DNA of 64,000 nucleotides from Vampirovibrio chlorellavorus (lineage in GTDB: Bacteria > Cyanobacteriota > Vampirovibrionia > Vampirovibrionales > Vampirovibrionaceae), in NCBI GenBank assembly GCA_003149345.1, contig QFWI01000019.1:61397-125396 (forward strand), written 5' to 3'. The translations under genes were made by a program, and so were the position numbers. Below the pieces are notes generated by a model. The model had not been told where the DNA came from, did no database searches, and worked only from the letters and a program-made list of their open reading frames with translations. The number at the start of each line of letters is the position of its first letter. Position 1 is the stretch's first letter. This document shows positions 37,425 to 46,053 of the stretch, in pieces.

Positions 37425-39136
37425 GGTTGGGTTTCCTGTGGTGTGGCGGTTTGCCGTTTGCGTACAGAAAGTAAACTATAAACACGGTCTTTTTCAACAA
37501 CCGTTAATTCCAGGGTGGTGGGGATTAAGGGCCGAAGGGTGCTCATGTGCTCATTTTTAGTAATGATGAAGCTTTGCGGATGTTGTCGCAGTTCGCTCAA
37601 TAGGGCGGGGGCTTGTTCTTCCACGAAGCGAGGAATACGACGCTTGCCGTAAAACGTCAGGCTGGTGCGTTGAATTTCATAGAGAATCAGTGGCTGGCCA
37701 TTGGTTTTACGCAGGTAGTTCATCATAACACTTTGGGCGGCTTGGCTGACATTGGGGACAATGCCTTGTAGGGCTACGATTGCCAGCAGAAATATGGTTG
37801 AGGCTTGAATGAAAAGCGCTTGTCCGGCTTTTTGTCGATTCAGCAGCCAGCTGGTGGCCACGGAGCCTACTAAAAGAACCAGTACCGCCGCCACATTGTA
37901 GCCATTCGCTTCAATCCCAGCCGCTTCCCGTGGGAGTAGTTTTTCCATATTGCTTATAAAAACCGAGCCCCCGATCAAAGTGCTGAGTGGCAAAATCAGG
38001 CTTGGAATCTGCATCCAGCGCCAGTGAACACCGGGTGTTTGCCCGTTTTCCTGGGAAAGGGCGTACCAGGTGCTGGCGGTCATTAGGGCCAAGGCGGGAA
38101 ACAGGGGCAGAATGTAGGTTAATAGCTTGGTGCTGCCCAGGCTGAAGAATCCAAAGACAAAGCAAGCCCACACCAGGCCGTATAGGGGAATGAGATAGTG
38201 AAAGGCCTGTTGATCAACCCATTGTTGATGATTGGTTTTGAATTGATGCCACAGCGTGCGGAGGGCGGCGGGCAAGTAAGCCGTCCAGGGTAAAAAACCC
38301 GCCAATAGCACCAGTGTATAAAAATAGGGAGGCTGCTTGTGCCCGGAGACTACATCCGAGTAGCGGGTTACATTGTTCATGAACTGGGATTCAATGAAAA
38401 CCGGGCCGTTCTCCTGGTAAATGGCCCAATACCACGGGCCTGCAATCAGTAGGGCCACCGCAATGGCCAAAGGCATCCACCGGTTGAGAAGGCAGCGTTT
38501 GAATTGTCCAATGATCAATGTATACAGGGTGAAAATGGCGCCGGGGATAATCAGGGCCACCGGGCCCTTGGTTAAAATACCCAAACCGGCAAAAATTCCC
38601 GCAGCCAGCCACCATTTTAAATGGCGATGGGCGGCCAAAAACAGGCACAGGGAAGTGCCGGTCATAAAGCAGGCCAGGGTCATGTCCGTAATGGCCATGC
38701 GAGCAATGCCAATGAATAGAACGCTGGAGGCCAGAATAAGCGCTGCGTAAAGTCCAAACCGACGGGACATCAAATGGCGACCAAAGGCGTAAACCATCCC
38801 CACGGTGGCGCTGGCGGTGACCGCGCTGAAAAAGCGGGCTGAAAATTCAGACAGCCCAAACACCTGATAGGCTAGGGCAATCAGCCAGTAGAAAAAAACC
38901 GGTTTTTCAAAGCGGACTTCGTAGTTGAAGTAGGGGGTAATCCAGTTTTGGCGCTCCAGCATTTCCCGGGCCGCTTCGGCGTAACGGGGCTCATCCAGAT
39001 CGAACAGTGGGTAACTGCCGAGCTTAAAGAAAAACACAACGGCGCAAAACAGCACCAGTAGGGCAATATCCTGAATGGCTGTGCTGAATGCCTTTTGAGA
39101 CGGTTTTTCGGGGGATGCTTTAATGGAAGTGCTCAT
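37421..39136 (-). CDS. ArnT/PMT_2-like GT-C glycosyltransferase (GT39/GT83-like)
   Basis: ORF 37421..39337. The ATG at 39136 gives MSTSIKASPEKP.... The motif LFDLDEPRYAEAAREMLE and more than 10 TM helices are typical of 4-amino-4-deoxy-L-arabinose transferase-like enzymes. The upstream 67 codons of the track ORF look non-coding. Confidence 0.8.
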   Translation of the reverse strand: MSTSIKASPEKPSQKAFSTAIQDIALLVLFCAVVFFFKLGSYPLFDLDEPRYAEAAREMLERQNWITPYFNYEVRFEKPVFFYWLIALAYQVFGLSEFSARFFSAVTASATVGMVYAFGRHLMSRRFGLYAALILASSVLFIGIARMAITDMTLACFMTGTSLCLFLAAHRHLKWWLAAGIFAGLGILTKGPVALIIPGAIFTLYTLIIGQFKRCLLNRWMPLAIAVALLIAGPWYWAIYQENGPVFIESQFMNNVTRYSDVVSGHKQPPYFYTLVLLAGFLPWTAYLPAALRTLWHQFKTNHQQWVDQQAFHYLIPLYGLVWACFVFGFFSLGSTKLLTYILPLFPALALMTASTWYALSQENGQTPGVHWRWMQIPSLILPLSTLIGGSVFISNMEKLLPREAAGIEANGYNVAAVLVLLVGSVATSWLLNRQKAGQALFIQASTIFLLAIVALQGIVPNVSQAAQSVMMNYLRKTNGQPLILYEIQRTSLTFYGKRRIPRFVEEQAPALLSELRQHPQSFIITKNEHMSTLRPLIPTTLELTVVEKDRVYSLLSVRKRQTATPQETQP

Positions 39137-39172
39137 GGTGCTAGTATTGTATAACACACTCGTTGAGCGAAT

Positions 39173-40099
39173 ATGAGTTCTCCAAAAATGCACGTAAAAC
39201 TCCCGTTTACCAAAATGCACGGCCTCGGCAATGATTTTGTCATGCTTTCTGGGCCGGAATTGGCCGGATTGGATCTGCACCCGGATCGTCAAAAGGAAAC
39301 CCTGGAAAAGCTGGCCGCCTTTTTGTGTGATCGTCATTTCGGGATTGGAGCGGATGGCCTGATTTTGCCAGTGCCTCCCTCTGATCCTGCTCGCTTCGAC
39401 ACTCGCTTTGTTTATTTGAATGGTGATGGCAGCTGGGCTGAGATGTGCGGCAACGGTATCCGCTGCTTTGCCTTGTTCGTCAAGGATCTGGGTCTGGTGA
39501 ACAGTGATTCCTTCATTGTGGAAACCCTGGCTGGGCCGATTAGCCCCAAAATAAACGCCGATCGCACCGTTACCGTGGATATGGGGCCGCCCATTCTAGA
39601 GCCCGCCTTGATTCCCTTTGCCGGGGAAAACGCCAAGGCCCCCGTGCAGCGTTTTGAGCTGGACGTATTGGGACGGAAGGTTCCAGTGACCCCGGTGAGT
39701 ATGGGGAACCCACACTGCTTGGTATTTCAGGATGAACTGACTCAAAAGCTGGATCCTGCACTGTTCGGCCCGGCGCTGGAGACGCATCCCGCATTCCCGG
39801 CCAAAACCAACGTGGAATTTGTAGAAGTGCTTTCCCGGCAGGAATTAAAGGTCACGGTTTGGGAGCGTGGTTGCGGCTTTACGCTGGCCTGTGGCACCGG
39901 GGCATGCGCTACCGGGGTCGGTGCCATGATGCTGGGCAAAGTGGATTCGGTGGTGAATGTGCTTTTGCCTGGTGGCACATTGAAGATTGAGTGGGACGGT
40001 CAGCCTGGTGCGCACATGTTCATGAGTGGCCCTGCCACCTACGTGTTCAAGGGCGAGATTGAGGTGCCCGCCTCTGTTTTGCCTAAAGTACCGGTTTAG
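39173..40099 (+). CDS. dapF: Diaminopimelate epimerase
   Basis: 308 aa: FTKMHGLGNDFVML...NGDGSWAEMCGNGIRC...MGNPHCLVF...ERGCGFTLACGTGACA (both catalytic Cys contexts present). An alternative ATG lies at 39188. Confidence 0.9.
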   Translation: MSSPKMHVKLPFTKMHGLGNDFVMLSGPELAGLDLHPDRQKETLEKLAAFLCDRHFGIGADGLILPVPPSDPARFDTRFVYLNGDGSWAEMCGNGIRCFALFVKDLGLVNSDSFIVETLAGPISPKINADRTVTVDMGPPILEPALIPFAGENAKAPVQRFELDVLGRKVPVTPVSMGNPHCLVFQDELTQKLDPALFGPALETHPAFPAKTNVEFVEVLSRQELKVTVWERGCGFTLACGTGACATGVGAMMLGKVDSVVNVLLPGGTLKIEWDGQPGAHMFMSGPATYVFKGEIEVPASVLPKVPV

Positions 40100-40201
40100 T
40101 GGGTGACCACTGTGCTGGCTGTATAATGTTCGCCCGGAGCGGAAACTTTTTTGATTTTGCCGTCATCCCCCTTGAATGAGTTATAAAGCGAAGAGAATGA
40201 T

Positions 40202-42070
40202 ATGACAGGACTGAGATCCCCGTTTAAAAAAGGCTTAGTGGCTATGGCCGCCAGTGTGTTTCTGGCGCTTGGGGGAGTGGGGGCTATGTCCGCCTGGGCC
40301 ACGGATTTGCCGCCTGGTGTCCTGAATTACCTGCGGGAGAAGGATCCGCAGGTCAAGGTGCGCTTTGATGGCCTTGTACTCTTCAGCAACGGGGAGTCCT
40401 ATGTTCCGGTGATTCCTCAGGATCCTGATTTACACCCCGATTCCCAGCGAGTGATCGCGGCTTTACCGGAAGGCGCGGCTTATCCCGACTTGATTCAGTT
40501 TGATAACAACTTTTTCCTGATGCGGTTGATTCTGACTTCCTCTGGTCGGCTGACCTTCCCCAAAATGGCGGAATATCCCATGCAGTTGCGAGAAGGGTTG
40601 TTACCGCAAGACTTTTTGATTCCCGGTAACTTGTTTATCCCGGTGGAGTTGAAGGTACTGCTGGGCTCCCTGCCCTACAATCCCTCGTATGTGCCGGAGA
40701 AAAAGCCCGTCATCGTGCCGCCTGCGGTTGCCTTGTCCCAGCAGGGAGGGCAAAGCGCCCCTTTGACGGTGGGTAATCGCTTGACTTATGTGTTTGACCT
40801 GAATAATCAAAAGATTCTCGCTATCGAGCCTTTGACTGGCAAGATCACCGGAGAGGTCGCCTTGGAGTCTGTCCCCGCTGGACTGGAGCTGTCGCCCGAC
40901 GGTAAATTGCTGTTCTTGCCCTGTTTGTCCACCAATGAACTGGTGGTGGTAGATACCGGCTCTAATCTGGTGAAAACCCGGGTGCCGGTGGGGCAGCGTC
41001 CCGATTCGGTGATGTATGTCCCCGGGATGAAGGAAGTGATTGTCAGCAATCGCTATTCGCCCTATTTGTCAGTGGTGGATGGGGAGAAACTGCAAGCCGG
41101 GGTCAAAATCGACTTGCCAGGCAATGGCGGGGTGATGGCCCTGATACCGGCTGAGTCCAGGCTGTTGGTAGCCGATTCCGGCAAGCCCCAGCTGTATCTG
41201 GTGAACTTGAAGACCCGGGCGGTGGAAAAGACCATTCCGGCCTTGCCGGACATTTCCGTATTGCGGGCGTTTAAAAATACCGCGGGCGAGTTGGAAATCT
41301 GGGTGGCCAGTCGCAGTAAGGATGAAGTTTCTGTCCTGAATCTGGATGGCGCGGTACTCAAAACGCTGACCGTGGGCAAAAAGCCGGTGGATATGATCAC
41401 CTACCGGAATAAACTGTTCATTTTATCCGCTGGAGACGCCCGCTTTGATGTGGTGGACATGACCAACCGCACTTTACAGCCTGCTATTCCCTTGCTGAGT
41501 GATACCTTCCCGGCCAGTGTGGTGAACTCCCCGTCCGAGCAGCGGGCTTATGTGGTCACCGCCGGTTCCACCGACCTGATTGTGGTTAACCTGTCATCCG
41601 AGCAAATGGAAAAAAGTGTGCCGGTTAAATTTCGGGGCGGGCTGATTGCCATGACCCCCGATGCCGCCGAGAAAGAGCCGGTCATCCCGGTCATTGAGAC
41701 CGCCGGGACACCAGCCTCTCCGGGAGCGCCCAAGGCCCCATCCTCCCAACTGACGCCGCCAGTCCAACCATCCGTCACACCGGGAAATACGGGCAGGTTG
41801 ACCCGTAAATTCTCCATTATTAAATTCGGGCAAGAAACGGGATCGCGTAAAGCCTCGCCGGACCCAAAAAAGACGTCCGACCGTCTCGGGCAGTCCGGTG
41901 CTGATGTCTCCACGGTGGAGTCTGAGAAATCGGATTTACCGGTGAAATCGGGGGCTCGTCTGGAGCAACCCAATGTCCTGCCCGCCTCCCCTGACTTGCC
42001 GACAGAAAATACGCCGGGCGGGAATCCCTCCGGCACTCAATTGCTGCCGCTGGATGATCAACGGAAGTAA
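40202..42070 (+). CDS. Secreted beta-propeller repeat protein (YVTN/YncE-like) with Pro-rich C-terminal tail
   Basis: 622 aa with a signal peptide (AMSAWA|TD). Repeated blocks of about 40 aa have the form ...P.G...SPDGK.L.V......L.V.D. The last 130 aa or so are Pro/Ser/Gly-rich. Confidence 0.6.
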   Translation: MTGLRSPFKKGLVAMAASVFLALGGVGAMSAWATDLPPGVLNYLREKDPQVKVRFDGLVLFSNGESYVPVIPQDPDLHPDSQRVIAALPEGAAYPDLIQFDNNFFLMRLILTSSGRLTFPKMAEYPMQLREGLLPQDFLIPGNLFIPVELKVLLGSLPYNPSYVPEKKPVIVPPAVALSQQGGQSAPLTVGNRLTYVFDLNNQKILAIEPLTGKITGEVALESVPAGLELSPDGKLLFLPCLSTNELVVVDTGSNLVKTRVPVGQRPDSVMYVPGMKEVIVSNRYSPYLSVVDGEKLQAGVKIDLPGNGGVMALIPAESRLLVADSGKPQLYLVNLKTRAVEKTIPALPDISVLRAFKNTAGELEIWVASRSKDEVSVLNLDGAVLKTLTVGKKPVDMITYRNKLFILSAGDARFDVVDMTNRTLQPAIPLLSDTFPASVVNSPSEQRAYVVTAGSTDLIVVNLSSEQMEKSVPVKFRGGLIAMTPDAAEKEPVIPVIETAGTPASPGAPKAPSSQLTPPVQPSVTPGNTGRLTRKFSIIKFGQETGSRKASPDPKKTSDRLGQSGADVSTVESEKSDLPVKSGARLEQPNVLPASPDLPTENTPGGNPSGTQLLPLDDQRK

Positions 42071-42095
42071 GCAGTTCCCGGGCGCTTTACATCCA

Positions 42096-42151
42096 TGTTT
42101 TATATCTGTGTTTTATATCTGTGTTTTATATCTGTGTTTTATATCTGTGTT
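42096..42151. repeat. Perfect 13-bp tandem repeat, 4 copies plus a 4-nt partial (TGTTTTATATCTG)
   Basis: Directly visible as tgttttatatctg x4 then tgtt. It lies in the 90-bp convergent intergenic gap between the propeller gene stop (42070) and the ldcA stop (42161). Confidence 0.95.
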
Positions 42152-42160
42152 GGGCCTTAC

Positions 42161-43117
42161 TTAAAGCCTGACCGGGTTTTCCAGCAGGGTCAGGGTGCCG
42201 GTAGTGGCGTTGAATTCGGCCAAGCAGCCAATGGGCAGCGTGGCGGTTTGCTCCCCGTGGCCTACCGAAAAGCCAAAGCCCACTGGTACCTTTAAAAAGG
42301 CGGTCAGTTCTTTTAGAAATTCCGGCAGGGTCTGTTCTGGCTCGGTTTCAATTTCCGAAAAGTCTGCCAGTAAAAGCCCGGCAATGCCATCTAACAGCCC
42401 GGCCATCCTCAGTTGCTGGAATTGGCGATCCAGGGTGTAGTATTTTTCGTGCCAATCTTCAATAAACAGGATATGTCCCTCGGTGCGGGGCTGAAAAGGT
42501 GTTCCGCACAGGGCGGTGAGTAAGGAAAGATTCCCGCCGATCAGCCGCCCTTGGGCGATTCCCGGTTGGAAGCACTGATAGGGGTTTTGGTTGGGGATGC
42601 TGTAGGGGGCTTCGTTCTGTCCTTGAATCATTTGCAGCAGCTGGTTTTGGCTGCAGGGCTCGTTATGAATGAGGTTGGAGGTGAGCATGGGGCCATAAAA
42701 ACCCATTAGCCCGGTTTGTTGATAAATGGGTAGCAGTAAGGCGGTAATGTCGCTGAAGCCAATCAGCACTTTGGGGTTTTGCTGAATCAGGGCAAAGTCC
42801 AGCTGGGGGAGCAAGCGGGTGCAGCCATAGCCACCCCGGGCGCATAAAATGCCGTTCACCTGTGGGTCGGCAAAGGCGGCCTGTAAATCGCTCAGGCGTT
42901 CGGCATCGGTACCGGCCAGGTAGAGGCGCTTGTTTTTGGCGTGGGGCATCAACTTGACCCGAAAGCCCGCCGCTTCCAGCAGGGCCATGCCTTGGGCGAA
43001 GGGATCGGGTTTGGCGGACTCAACGGGCTCAAGGGGCGTAGCCCCGGCCGGGGAGACAATGGCAATGGTGTCACCGGGGTGCAGGGCTGGGGCTTTAACG
43101 GGGGGCATGGGGAGCAT
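42161..43117 (-). CDS. ldcA: LD-carboxypeptidase (peptidase S66, muramoyltetrapeptide carboxypeptidase)
   Basis: 318 aa: GDTIAIVSPAG...ILCARGGYG..RLL...IGFSDITALL...VGHG. Confidence 0.85.
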   Translation of the reverse strand: MLPMPPVKAPALHPGDTIAIVSPAGATPLEPVESAKPDPFAQGMALLEAAGFRVKLMPHAKNKRLYLAGTDAERLSDLQAAFADPQVNGILCARGGYGCTRLLPQLDFALIQQNPKVLIGFSDITALLLPIYQQTGLMGFYGPMLTSNLIHNEPCSQNQLLQMIQGQNEAPYSIPNQNPYQCFQPGIAQGRLIGGNLSLLTALCGTPFQPRTEGHILFIEDWHEKYYTLDRQFQQLRMAGLLDGIAGLLLADFSEIETEPEQTLPEFLKELTAFLKVPVGFGFSVGHGEQTATLPIGCLAEFNATTGTLTLLENPVRL

Positions 43118-43129
43118 CCTTTAACAAGC

Positions 43130-43164
43130 AATAGAGCCAGGTCTTTTAAAGACCTGACTCTATT
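43130..43164 (-). terminator. Stem-loop (13/14 bp) between hypothetical gene and ldcA; possible terminator
   Basis: aatagagccaggtc / gacctgactctatt with loop ttttaaa, 35 nt after the stop at 43199. The U-tract on the minus strand is poor. Confidence 0.4.
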
Positions 43165-43198
43165 ATTTTAGCCTGTTGGGGTATTTATCGTTGAGCGC

Positions 43199-44302
43199 TC
43201 AAGCTTTGTTTTTTGTGAAGAGACTTTTACCCCAGCCCCAAGCACCACTGAGCGCACCAGAAGCGCGTCCAATCGTATGGGAAGCACCCGAATAAATGCC
43301 ATTACCCAATTTTCTAAAGAATCCAGGTTGCTGTGTGCCTACGGCTGGTAGAGTTGCGCCTGCGGCACCCTGACCTTTGGTTGCTGCTTGATTGGCTGTG
43401 GCATCTTGGGCTCCAGCACCACTTCCTCCATTGCCGCCTGTCGTGGTAGTGACTTCAGCTTCGACTTTGGCTGGTTCTGTTTCAGGAGCTTTCAACTTCT
43501 TGGTGTAGGTTTCTTCCGCCGTTTCAATGGCTCCCTCAAGGTCTTTGACGTCTTTAGAATTCAGAATATCATCCAGGCTTGGTGCGTTCTCTTCTTTGAG
43601 TTTTGCCGCTATTTTATCGATAGGCGCGGAGTGCGCTGTTTCAAGCTCTGTAAACACCTTGTAATCGGCCTCTGTGACTTCCGATTTCAGGTTCTTGTCT
43701 TTCAATTCGGTAAACGTCTTTTTGAAGTCTGCAACCTTGGTGTCTACGTTTTCTTTGGTCAAATCTTTAGTGAAAGCCTCTTTGGCTGTTTTTATTTTAT
43801 TAACCAGCCCGGTCGTCAACTCCTTCAATTCACCTGTCAGTTCGTGGAGGCCCTTGCTGCCATATTCACTGTCAGCACTTTTGAAGATGTTCAATTGGCC
43901 TTTTGAGATAGCAATACCCGCATAAACTGCGACTGCTACACCGGCTGCGATGGTGCTAATGCCTTTCCAGCTGCTCCAAAAACTGCCGCCGGATAAATTG
44001 TTGTTGTTATCGGCATAGCCGCCTGATGGATGCTGGAATACAGTGCCTTGAGGGCTGCCAGCGGCTGGGGCGCTCATTGGCGGGCCAAAGGCGTCTTGAC
44101 CCATGCCAGCGGGCATGCCGGGAGCCATGGCCGGTTGGGGTACGCCGGGAAGCGCCATGTTGGGAAAACCTGGGCCTCCGGGCATTGGCAGGCTGGCCAT
44201 CGGGTTCATGGGGCTCATGGGGTTCTGTCCACCCAATCCCGGCTGCGGAAGCAGCATAGGGTTTGTGGGAGCATATGGGGTATTGGGGGGCAGGTAGCTC
44301 AT
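43199..44302 (-). CDS. Hypothetical single-pass membrane protein with Pro/Met-rich N-terminus, K/E-rich helical region and Gly/Ala-rich tail
   Basis: 367 aa with an ATG that has AGGAG upstream. The first 86 aa or so contain about 23 Pro and 11 Met (hand count). The TM segment is ISTIAAGVAVAVYAGIAI. A helical K/E/T-rich segment of about 130 aa follows. I recognise no family. Confidence 0.6.
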   Translation of the reverse strand: MSYLPPNTPYAPTNPMLLPQPGLGGQNPMSPMNPMASLPMPGGPGFPNMALPGVPQPAMAPGMPAGMGQDAFGPPMSAPAAGSPQGTVFQHPSGGYADNNNNLSGGSFWSSWKGISTIAAGVAVAVYAGIAISKGQLNIFKSADSEYGSKGLHELTGELKELTTGLVNKIKTAKEAFTKDLTKENVDTKVADFKKTFTELKDKNLKSEVTEADYKVFTELETAHSAPIDKIAAKLKEENAPSLDDILNSKDVKDLEGAIETAEETYTKKLKAPETEPAKVEAEVTTTTGGNGGSGAGAQDATANQAATKGQGAAGATLPAVGTQQPGFFRKLGNGIYSGASHTIGRASGALSGAWGWGKSLFTKNKA

Positions 44303-44667
44303 TGGGGAAAATCTCCTGAGTTTTTGGAAACTTGCTTAATCTTGCCTTCTTAAAACCCCTCAATGGATGTTTGTGCGACATGAGTGGATGGTGTGTGTAA
44401 AAAAACTTAATAATTTGGGAGAACCATTGAATACTGTCACTGGTGCGGGCGTTGGGGGATTAATACAAGGAATGTTTAAGCGTGTGTGTGCTTGTGCGAT
44501 TGAGGATTGAATTTAAAGTGAGGCTATTATTGATGAAAGAAAAAACTCATGCAAGGACAAGGCTTTTCAGGCCCATCCCGTTGCGGATGGGATGAGCAAG
44601 CGGCAGGACTTGAGAGGCGAAAATGCTGAATCGTGGCTGAGTAGAGGTGTTTTAGCGTAATCGGGTT

Positions 44668-45891
44668 TTAGCTTAATCCGCTGAGAATCAGCTGGGCGTA
44701 TTCCCCGGCCTCTCCATCGGGATCCAGGGCCACGGTTTTTTCCAAATGGCGCTTGGCATTTTCCAGTTCCCCCAGGTTCAGGTAGCAAGTGGCCAGGTCG
44801 CTGTGGCACCAGGGATCGTTCGCTTCGCTTTTTAGCTGAAACTGGTACTGATTGACGGCCTTATCCCATTGTCCCAGTTTGGAATAAATGCGGGCCAGGT
44901 TTAAAAAAGTGCGGAAGTCATCGGGGGCCAATTCCTGCGCTCGTAAAAAATATTCTTCAGCGGCAGGGTAATTGCCCAGATCCTCCTGGGTGTTGGCAAT
45001 GTTAAAGTAAGGGTTAATGTAACCGGGGTCATACTCAATGGCTTTGCTCCACCACTGGAGGGCCACCGCATTCTTGCCCAGCAGGGCGCAGCCCACCCCT
45101 GCCTCGGTGGCGTAAATGGCTTTATTTCTGGCGGAGGCCTGAGAAATTTTCAGGGCTTCCCGGTAAAAAATGACGCTTTTTTCCAGTTCATACTCGCTAC
45201 GAAAGCAACGTGCCAGGTGATAGTAAGCGGTTTCCATATGGGGATCTTCCCGCAATGCGCTTTCGTAGAGGGCGATCTTTTCCGTGACAGCGGAAACGTG
45301 ATGGGCCTTGATGGCCAGCTTGAGGGCCGAGAGCGAATGGCACAGTAAGGGCAACGCCTCGGGCCGGGTATCGCTTGCCCCAGGCGAGATGGCCTGGATG
45401 ACTTGATATACGACAGAATTAATCACCCGGTTCAATTCTTTGACCGGAATTTCAGGCTCCCCACCATCCCCAATGTTTTCAATGTCCAGACTCAGAACGG
45501 TTGTGTCAGTGAATAAAATGGTGTTTTTGGCCAGGCCGTAAAGGCTTAATTCAACTTCCAGCTCACTTTTAATTTGTGTGGATTGCTGAAGGACGCCGGT
45601 TAACAAGTAGTGGGTTCGGGTGGACTGGCAAATTTGCCTCAGTTTGTTCAGGGAGTCCGCTGAGTGCATATCCTCTGGGGCGCGGAGCCAATGCGGCTCT
45701 ATTTTATCGCTTACGGTGGCCAAATCCTTGTATTGCAAATTGGCCAATCGAGCCGCCTGACTCAGGACGCCGTAAAGCAAAAGCTCCTCGCACTGGTGCG
45801 TTAAACCAGACGGGGATGGTTTAAACAATCCAATGGCCACTAGCTTTTGCGTATCAGATATCATGATAACGTTGAGTTCTCCCAATCCCAC
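44668..45891 (-). CDS. TPR-repeat protein
   Basis: 407 aa (GTG start; alternative ATG at 45864). The C-terminal half has consecutive 34-aa TPR-like repeats (AYYHLARCF..., ...ALQWWSKAIEYDPGY, ...AEEYFLRAQELAPDD, ...AVNQYQFQLKSEANDP, ...AKRHLEKTVALDPD). Confidence 0.8.
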   Translation of the reverse strand: MGLGELNVIMISDTQKLVAIGLFKPSPSGLTHQCEELLLYGVLSQAARLANLQYKDLATVSDKIEPHWLRAPEDMHSADSLNKLRQICQSTRTHYLLTGVLQQSTQIKSELEVELSLYGLAKNTILFTDTTVLSLDIENIGDGGEPEIPVKELNRVINSVVYQVIQAISPGASDTRPEALPLLCHSLSALKLAIKAHHVSAVTEKIALYESALREDPHMETAYYHLARCFRSEYELEKSVIFYREALKISQASARNKAIYATEAGVGCALLGKNAVALQWWSKAIEYDPGYINPYFNIANTQEDLGNYPAAEEYFLRAQELAPDDFRTFLNLARIYSKLGQWDKAVNQYQFQLKSEANDPWCHSDLATCYLNLGELENAKRHLEKTVALDPDGEAGEYAQLILSGLS

Positions 45892-46053
45892 TAGGCATTT
45901 TGGACAGTCGTGAACTCTAGTTGCCCAAAAATAAATTGATAGTCTGCTCTGTTATCAGTATAAGCCCACTTTGGTACTTAATGGGGGTACTTATTGGGAA
46001 TTCATGTCTAGTTCATACCCAGTATGAGGCATTCTGGTGGTGTTTGACCTCGG

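Noticed and set aside
41973-42295. ORFs 41973..42164 and 42095..42295 encoding repeated FYICVLYLC peptides
   Set aside because: They are read through the 13-bp tandem repeat and into the antisense of ldcA. They are an artefact of the repeat.
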